64,000 nt of DNA, taken from the NCBI GenBank assembly GCA_964016885.1, contig CAXHJY010000706.1, positions 6,992 to 70,991 on the forward strand. Reading direction: 5' to 3'. Both the position numbers and the translations under genes were made by a program. The notes under the pieces are model-generated. The model did not search any database. It had not been told where the DNA came from and saw only the letters and a list, made by a program, of their open reading frames with translations. Each line of letters starts with the position of its first letter. The first letter of the stretch is position 1. The DNA comes from Eledone cirrhosa (lineage: Eukaryota). This document shows, piece after piece, positions 55,364-64,000 of this stretch.

Positions 55364-56658
55364 TGGTATGGTATGGTATGGTATGGTATGGTATGGTATG
55401 GTATGGTATGGTATGGTATGGTATGGTATGGTATGGTATGGTATAGTGTGATATAGTATAGTATGGTATGATATGGTATAATATAGTATATTATGGAATA
55501 GTGGGGTATGGTATGGTATAGTATGGTATGGTATAGTATGATATGGTATGGTATGATATGGTATAGTATGGTATGGTATAGTATGATATGGTATAGTATG
55601 GTATGGTATAGTATGGTATGATATGGTATAGTATGATATGGTATGGTATGGTATAGTATGGTATGGTATAGTATGATATGGTATGGTATGATATGGTATA
55701 GTATGGTATGATATAGTATGATATGGTATAGTATGGTATGGTATGGTATGGTATGGTATAGTGGAGTATGGTATGGTATGATATGGTATGGTATAGTGGG
55801 GTATGGTATGGTATGATATGGTATGGTATGGTATGGTATAGTATGATATGGTATGGTATGATATGGTATAGTATGGTATGATATAGTATGATATGGTATA
55901 GTATGGTATGGTATGGTATGATATGGTATGGTATGTGGTATGATATAGTATGATATGGTATAGTATGGTATGGTATAGTATGGTATGGTATGGTATAGTA
56001 TGATATGGTATGGTATGGTATAGTATGGTATAGTATGATATGGTATGGTATGATATGGTATAGTATGGTATGATATAGTATGATATGGTATAGTATGGTA
56101 TGGTATGGTATGGTATGGTATGGTGGAGTATGGTATGGTATGATATGGTATGGTATGATATGGTATAGTATGGTATGGTATGGTATGGTATGATATAGTG
56201 GAGTATGGTATGGTATGATATGGTATGGTATAGTGGGGTATGGTATGGTATGATATGGTATGGTATGGTATGGTATGGTATGATATGGTATGGTATGATA
56301 TGGTATAGTATGGTATGATATAGTATGATATGGTATAGTATGGTATGGTATGGTATGGTATGGTATGGTGGAGTATGGTATGGTATGATATGGTATGGTA
56401 TGATATGGTATAGTATGGTATGATATAGTATGATATGGTATAGTATGGTATGGTATGGTATGGTATAGTGGGGTATGGTATGGTGTGATATGATATGGTA
56501 TGGTATGGTATGGTATGGTATAGTGGGGTATGGTATGGCATGGTCTAGTATGATATGGTATGGTATGGTATAGTGGGGTATGGTATGGTATGGTATAGTA
56601 TGATATGGTATAGTATAGTATGGTATAGTGGGGTATGGTATGGTATAGTATGATATGG
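55364..56658. repeat. (GGTAT)n pentanucleotide satellite with AGTAT/GATAT variants
   Basis: Direct reading; source of the YHTIP-repeat ORFs. Confidence 0.95.
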
Positions 56659-56805
56659 TCCCGTAACTCCTGATAGAGTCGTAGGGGCAACGTAATGACA
56701 TACGACGTTTCTCGGGCATTTTTAAGCATGGCGAAGCCCATCCCTCTCCTGGTCTGAGTACAGCAGATTTCTTCCAGAGAAGGATAGAGAGTGAGAGGAA
56801 GTGAG
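56659..56805 (-). mobile_element. 3' module of the (ACCAT)n-tailed retroposon, abutting the satellite
   Basis: Homologous to 25715-25860 and, inverted, to 390-460. Confidence 0.7.
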
Positions 56806-56939
56806 GAAGATGGTGGTGATAAAGGTGATAATGATGATAATGATGTTGATGGTGATAATTATGCTGATAATGATGTTGATAGTGGTGGTGATGGTGATGA
56901 TGGTGATAATGATGATAATGATGATAATGACGATGACGA

Positions 56940-57049
<110 letters not shown>

Positions 57050-57972
57050 GCGACGATGACGATGATGATGTCGTCACAAATGTGAACTGAAGCCAAAGGT
57101 TCTACCCGCACCTTTTATCTTCTAGTCTACAAATAGCCTTTGACCCGTATCATTTTGTCAGAGCTAATATTACGACAAACGCTTTGTCGTTGTCCTTCTA
57201 ATGTTTACAATAGCATAATTATAACAGTTATGGCTGAAACCAAATTTACAGAAAACAAAAAAAAAAAAAAAGTATCGCTTCACATTGTTTTTCCTCCCTT
57301 TTCCTCTCTTGTCCTTTGTCTTTTTTTTTCTTTTTCTTTTTTTCCTGCTTTTTGACCCGAAATGACAACAAATGTCTGGCAATGTGGCAATGACATCCGA
57401 TGTATGGAACTCCGACAGGAAATTAAGAGATAGTAAAAGAGTGAATATACTAAAACAAAGTGAATTACTAATGAGTCGATGAAACGACAAAAAGGACGCG
57501 TCCGAAAAGTGAAAAAGAACTGTATTATTTATTAATATCAGAGCCAGCATCTACAAGCAGACGATAGAATAGAAATGAAGAATATTGTTTAAATGACATC
57601 TTAATTTAATGTAAATGTTAACTATACTTTCTTTATACACTTGTTTGTTTTGTGTGTGTAGGGGGGGGGTCGTACATTTTTCTCCTTTCCTATACCCAGC
57701 ACATCGTGAATAATAAATTGCTAGTGTGATGGCACTGAAAAGTAAAGAATTAATGCTTTACTGAATCTATTCTACAGTGACTTACCGTGAAAACTAATAT
57801 AGAATTGGAATGTATCAATATATTATGATAAAATAAAAGTGAACATCTTTTTACAAGTCAATATTATGGGGCGTTTGTAAACTATGTTTACAAACAGTGC
57901 AGAAGATATGAAATGCATGGACATTGATACAATGTAAGAAAATTAAATGGAACGCCAAGCCTTAAATGTATG

Positions 57973-58105
<133 letters not shown>

Positions 58106-58127
58106 CCTTATATATATATATATATAT

Positions 58128-58250
58128 ATTAAAATAACAGATTAAGCAAAGAATAGCTGTTTTCACCTTTAACGGGATCTTCAGAAACATATATAATCCT
58201 TATCGAGCCCTCTTCGGATTTTAGTCTTCACATTTATTATTATTACTATA
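58128..58250. mobile_element. Family C mini-element with internal inversion; HHR on minus at 58143-58190
   Basis: Minus strand CTGAAGA TCCCGTTAAAGGT GAAA acagctattctttgctt joined to the plus-strand 3' end ccttatcgagccctcttcgg. Confidence 0.7.
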
Positions 58251-58271
58251 TATATATATATAGTAATAATA

Positions 58272-58311
<40 letters not shown>

Positions 58312-58313
<2 letters not shown>

Positions 58314-58510
58314 CGAAGGAAATGTGGTAAGGAACCAGGTGGACCATAACGCACCAAAGTACTCAATACTTATGGTAGTAGAGTGGGTAATAGGAACGAG
58401 TAGGACCCCGACGGCTGAGCTCAAGCCGTTTCGACGGCTAATTCTGGACTAAATTAAGTCCACAATTAGCCGTCGAAACGGCTTGAGCTCAGCCGTCGGG
58501 ATCCTACTCG

Positions 58511-58513
<3 letters not shown>
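58312..58513 (-). mobile_element. Family B fold-back mini-element in (TA)n
   Basis: Palindrome gaacgagtaggaccccgacggc...gccgtcgggatcctactcgttc; long arm on minus. Confidence 0.85.
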
Positions 58514-58583
<70 letters not shown>

Positions 58584-58925
58584 GATATCGTTTTTTACAA
58601 AAAGAATAGAATAATTAGAAACATGGGTGGAGAAGTTAAACACGGTTCAAAATAGAGTAATTTATTATAATAAGCAGTACAAAAACCTATATATATATAT
58701 TATTTCTCATTCTATCTATTTTCTGGTAAAGAACTACTGTCCGAAACGTTAAAATTCTTTTCCTTCTACATCAAGAGTTAAACTAATATATTTCTTCATT
58801 GTATTGTGTCGTTTGCGTTGTTATGTCTGTTTACTTTTTGCATATATATGTGTGTGTGTTGTGTGTGTTGTATGTATTATGTGTGCGTGTTGTGTGTGTT
58901 GCGTGTGTATGTGTTGCGTGTGTAT

Positions 58926-58957
<32 letters not shown>

Positions 58958-59038
58958 CCTGTGTGTGTTGTGTGTTTGAAGACTAGCGAGACTAAATACA
59001 TATATATATATATACACACATATATATATACACATATA

Positions 59039-59650
59039 TGGTGGCTGCCAACTCGTTTTCGAGTACGGCCACTACTTTATATCCATGTAGGAGAACCCCT
59101 ACCAATGCGCTAAACGAGTGTGACTTTTTAGTCCAGCCAGCGACTTGAAAACTCTGGTACAAACACTACACTTGAGACAATTACTGACACATAGTGCTGG
59201 GCCCATGGTACCATGTGACGACAAGTGCAGAGAGATCTCCAGATATAAAGCAATGCCTGTGCCGTGAAGCTTTTATAGGGAGCAAAGGCACTGCACAAAG
59301 CCAGTCCCACTCTCTTAACCAAGATGATATTTACCAAAAAGAAGAACATGTCAACATCATTGGATACCATCAGAGTTGCAGGTGTTATATCAGAGTTTTC
59401 CTTCTCCTAGAATTCTGCCTTGACAAAGGCTAAGGGGTCATCTCTCCCGGTGATTTTGGATGGCCATTGACTTTTAAGAGCTCCTTTGCCCTTTGACAGG
59501 TTTTGTTTTTAGTCCTGCAGGATGTCCAAAGTCACCCTCCTCACCAAGAAACCTTGGTGGGGTTGCCAGTTTAGTCGCCAACGACCCGACCATGAGACAG
59601 GTTGTACTGGGATACATGTTACCAGTAGCACCAACTGGTGACCTGTATCA
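59039..59650 (-). mobile_element. Family I RTE-derived non-autonomous retroposon
   Basis: Near-identical to 50875-51471. Confidence 0.8.
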
Positions 59651-59697
59651 CATATATATATACATATATACATACATATATATATAAATATATATAT

Positions 59698-59764
<67 letters not shown>

Positions 59765-59767
<3 letters not shown>

Positions 59768-60107
59768 CGTTTCTGAATTTGTTTAGCAAGATTCTTTATC
59801 TGAAATCGTGTGTTGAAACCGATATTGTTATACTTTGGGAGGGTCATGTTGCCAATAAGAAACACACGCACCAGTTGCTTTCACTTCAATTTATTATATA
59901 TTTATAAATTTATAAATTTATAAATTTACAAATCTACAAACCTATAAATTTCTGGTTGGTTGGTTGGTTCCACAACCAGATAGTTGTTTATATATAGTCA
60001 TAGTCTTTTCGTCACACACTCTGTGACCTCTTCAGTGACTGGGGATTCCTTTCTTTGTTTCTGTGCCTTTCCTTTCTTCTATCCTACGCCATTTTGTTTC
60101 TGTGTGT
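59765..60107 (-). mobile_element. Family F solo terminal repeat; HHR at 59996-60040 (-)
   Basis: Reverse complement of 46855-47121 plus the 3' extension; AGTCA CTGAAGA GGTCACAGAGTGTGTGAC GAAA AGACTA TGACT. Confidence 0.85.
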
Positions 60108-60160
60108 GTCAATATATACATATAATATATATATATTGGTAAACTCGAATATATATATAT

Positions 60161-60271
60161 CTAAGGCGGGTAAAATACCCGAGATCCATGGACGAGTTCT
60201 CTCCAGCGGTCTCTGTCCCTCATTATCGCTGCCATATCCTGCATCTCCAACAGACCATTGTCTGTCCTTAG

Positions 60272-60275
<4 letters not shown>
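60161..60275 (-). pseudogene. RTE 3' end, near-identical to 2556-2670
   Basis: ctaaggcgggtaaaat.cccgagatccatggacgag...tctgtccttagggcat. Confidence 0.85.
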
Positions 60276-60332
<57 letters not shown>

Positions 60333-60336
<4 letters not shown>

Positions 60337-60620
60337 GATATTAACAAATGGAAACTATATTTATAAAACCATATTTATTTCATTATACATATTTCAAGGA
60401 CACCAAGTTAAATTATGGTGTGCTTTCATCAGATATCTGATGAAAGCACACCATAATTTAACTTGGTGTGCTTGAAATATGTATAATGAAATAAATATGG
60501 TTTTATAAATATAGTTTCCATTTGTTAATATCGTATTTTTACTCCAAATATTTGTTGAGTGCTTTACATTAGTTATAAAAATATTTGGTTGTTGTATCCC
60601 AACAATTTAAATAGAACTTT

Positions 60621-60623
<3 letters not shown>
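60333..60623 (+). mobile_element. Family E palindromic HHR mini-element
   Basis: 204 bp palindrome 60333-60536 centred on gat|atc; CTGATGA AAGCACACCA/TGGTGTGCTT GAAA TATGTA TA; unique 3' arm running into (TA)n. Confidence 0.85.
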
Positions 60624-60689
<66 letters not shown>

Positions 60690-60843
60690 GACGTAAAATA
60701 AGAAAATTTTAAAATTAACTTACTTACTAAAAATATATATATATAGTTTTTCGAACTCTTTCATATGTTCATAAGTGTATGTGATGGATGTTCTATGTAT
60801 ACTGTGTGTGTATATGTGTATATGTTTATGTGATGTAAGCAGA

Positions 60844-60885
<42 letters not shown>

Positions 60886-61383
60886 TATGTAATGAAATGA
60901 ATAGATATTGCTTTATAATATAAACTATATTCCTCAGTTTTGTTTTGTTTTGTTTTGTTTTTATCAATACTGCTTACCTAATCCATTATAGAGGGTTGCC
61001 AATGGAAACAAATCATATGTTTATTCATTTATTTATTAGTTCTCTTGACAGACGTTTTTCTCGATGTTTGTCGAGCCATTGTTAGAAATGACTGTTAATT
61101 GAAGGAGATGACATCCAAACATAACGGACGTTTCGTCGGTTTTCTGAAGAGCTTGGCTGTCTGATCATAAAGTGGAAAATCGGGGAAAGGTGGCGGAGGT
61201 ATAGTAAGTGTGTGTGTGTGTGTGTAAGTGTGTGTAAGTGTAAGTGTGTGTGTGTAAATGGCTGGCTGTGGTGGGTGAAGTGTAAGCGCGTGTGTGTGTG
61301 TGTGTGTGTGTGTGTGTTTATGTGTAAATGAATGGATGTAGTAGGTGACGTGTGTGTAGGTAAATGAGTGGCTATGGTAGATG

Positions 61384-61467
<84 letters not shown>

Positions 61468-61777
61468 ATGCGTAAATGAATGGATGTAGTAGGTGACGTG
61501 TGTGTAAGTAAATGAGTGGCTATGGTAGATGGTGTGAGTGTGAGTGTGTGTGTGTGTGTAAATGGTTGGATGTGGTATGTGAAGTGTGTGTGTATATATA
61601 TATATATATGTGTGTGTCTGTGTGTAAATGGGTAGCCCTGATAGAGGAAATGTGTGTGTATGTGTGTGTGTGTGTGTGTGTGAATATGGGTGGTTGTGAT
61701 AGATGAAGTGTGTGTGTGTGTATGTGTGTGCGTATGTGAATATGGGTGGCTGTGATAGATAATGTGTGTGTGTGTGT

Positions 61778-61851
<74 letters not shown>

Positions 61852-61969
61852 GAGGGTGGCTGTGGGGTGACGGTGGTGTGGGGAGGGGCGAGGGTGGTGG
61901 GTATTTATTGTGAGGTGAAACTGAAGTGAAGTCAATATGTTTGTCGCAAACTCTGTTTGAATATGTAAG

Positions 61970-62510
61970 TGTGTGTGTATCTGTGCGTGTGTATCTGTGC
62001 GTGTGTATATGTGCGTGTGTATCTGTGTGTATGTATCTGTGCGTGTGTATCTGTGCGTGTGTATATGTGCGTGTGTATTTGTGCGTGTGTATCTGTGTGT
62101 GTGTATCTGTGCGTGTGTATCTGTGCGTGTGTATCTGTGCGTGTGTATATGTGCGTGTGTATCTGTGCGTGTGTATCTGTGCGTGTGTATCTGTGTGTGT
62201 GTATCTGTGCGTATGTATATGTGCGTGTGTATCTGTGCGTGTGTATATGTGCGTGTGTATCTGTGCGTGTGTATCTGTGCGTGTGTATATGTGCGTGTGT
62301 ATTTGTGCGTGTGTATCTGTGTGTGTGTATCTGTGCGTATGTATATGTGCGTGTGTATCTGTGCGTGTGTATCTGTGCGTGTGTATCTATGCGTGTGTAT
62401 CGGTGCGTGTGTATCTGTATGTGTGTGTATATGTGCGTGTGTATCTGTGTGTGTGTATCTGTGTGTGTGTATCTGTGCGTGTGTATATGTGCGTGTGTAT
62501 CTGTGCGTGT
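61970..62510. repeat. 14 bp minisatellite GTGTATCTGTGCGT
   Basis: Direct reading. Confidence 0.95.
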
Positions 62511-62622
62511 AATATAAGTAGTATATTTATGTAACTCTATGCTTGACATTTATGTATATATATATATGTGTGTGTGTGTGTGGAATGTATATATATATAT
62601 GTGTGTGTGTGTGTGTGGAGTG

Positions 62623-62669
<47 letters not shown>

Positions 62670-62728
62670 ATTTGTGTATATACGTGTACATACATATATA
62701 TATAGGTGGGTGAGTGTATACATATATG

Positions 62729-62759
<31 letters not shown>

Positions 62760-62974
62760 AGGAGGTGAGTTTTATTGTAGTACAATAAAGCAATGCAGAT
62801 ATCGGATAAGAAGCACTCTACAATTTGTACGACTGGAGTATACATAATATATATATATATATATGTATATATACACGCATATATATATATATATATATAT
62901 ATAAATATATGTATATGTGTGTGTGGAGAGAGAGAAAGAGAGTCAGTGAGTGAGTAAGAAAATCAGGCACACAC

Positions 62975-63005
<31 letters not shown>

Positions 63006-63067
63006 CACACACACACGAACACATACGCACACGCGCGCGCGCACACACACACACACGAACACATACG

Positions 63068-63143
<76 letters not shown>

Positions 63144-63190
63144 CTCGAATTTGTTGTGCTATGGAAGAAATAGCCACACGAAGTTTCTCG

Positions 63191-63235
63191 GGCGACTGAT
63201 GATCGGAACCGAGAAACTTTGAAAACCGTCTCGGC
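63191..63235 (+). ncRNA. Candidate compact type I hammerhead (family J element, about 63181-63330)
   Basis: CGA CTGATGA TCG-gaac-CGA GAAA C-tttgaaaacc-G TC TCG; 11 bp upstream inversion; downstream actc...attgagtac. Confidence 0.6.
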
Positions 63236-63487
63236 ATTGAATAAAAAAAATTATTCCACTCTAGCTAAAAGTATTGAGTACATTCTCTCGCTTAATAGCA
63301 TTTCACACCAGTGTGATACAACCATCCATTATATATGTACATGTATGTGCATAGAAAGAGACATAGAGGGATATAGACGTGGGGGGGGGGGGGGGGAAGA
63401 AAGAGGGGTGAGAGTGGTTGTGTGGGTGTTGGGGGAAATGGCACCAACATAATCAAAAGTGAAATCTGTTATATTTTGCTTCAGAAA

Positions 63488-63617
<130 letters not shown>

Positions 63618-63627
63618 ATATATATAT

Positions 63628-63664
<37 letters not shown>

Positions 63665-63710
63665 TGTATATATATATATATATAAATATATATGTATATA
63701 TATATATATT

Positions 63711-63745
<35 letters not shown>

Positions 63746-63770
63746 ATATATATATATATATATATATATT

Positions 63771-63817
<47 letters not shown>

Positions 63818-63921
63818 ATATATATATTTGTGTGTATATATATATATATATCGCTCTCGCGTTCTATCTCACTTTCTGTTTTTTCTCTCTCTATCTATCT
63901 ACCTGTGTCACGTTCTCCCTT

Positions 63922-63994
<73 letters not shown>

Positions 63995-64000
63995 TCATTC

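Noticed and set aside
55289-56741. 394-476 aa YHTIP-repeat ORFs
   Set aside because: Open in three frames because the (ACCAT)n repeat lacks stops; satellite DNA.
57468-57510. ctaatga-gtcg..cgac hammerhead-like string
   Set aside because: Core G5 is altered, no GAAA follows the stem, and no stem I or III can be formed.

Overview
Eukaryotic, AT-rich, microsatellite-saturated non-coding DNA, most likely from an octopod cephalopod (inferred from memory of the SINE/LINE repertoire; not verified by a search). No host protein-coding gene can be called. Almost all ORFs in the track are translations of simple repeats. The only recognisable coding remnants are retrotransposon C-termini: RTE, Tx1/L1, Dong/R4 and a Penelope-type GIY-YIG. 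The window also holds about 20 tRNA-derived SINE copies, several Tc1/mariner-type MITEs and a 0.6 kb RTE-derived non-autonomous family. The main signal is a set of at least eight sequence-distinct short elements (mostly 0.1-0.35 kb; one 0.85 kb), labelled here families A-G and J. They sit mostly in (TA)n tracts and carry full or half type I hammerhead ribozyme (HHR) motifs. Many are folded back into palindromes centred inside the ribozyme, and most share a downstream ACTC...RTYGAG hairpin. One copy (46269-47121) keeps the GIY-YIG C-terminus and an inverted terminal repeat, which ties the set to Penelope-like elements (PLEs). All folds were done by eye and no activity is demonstrated.
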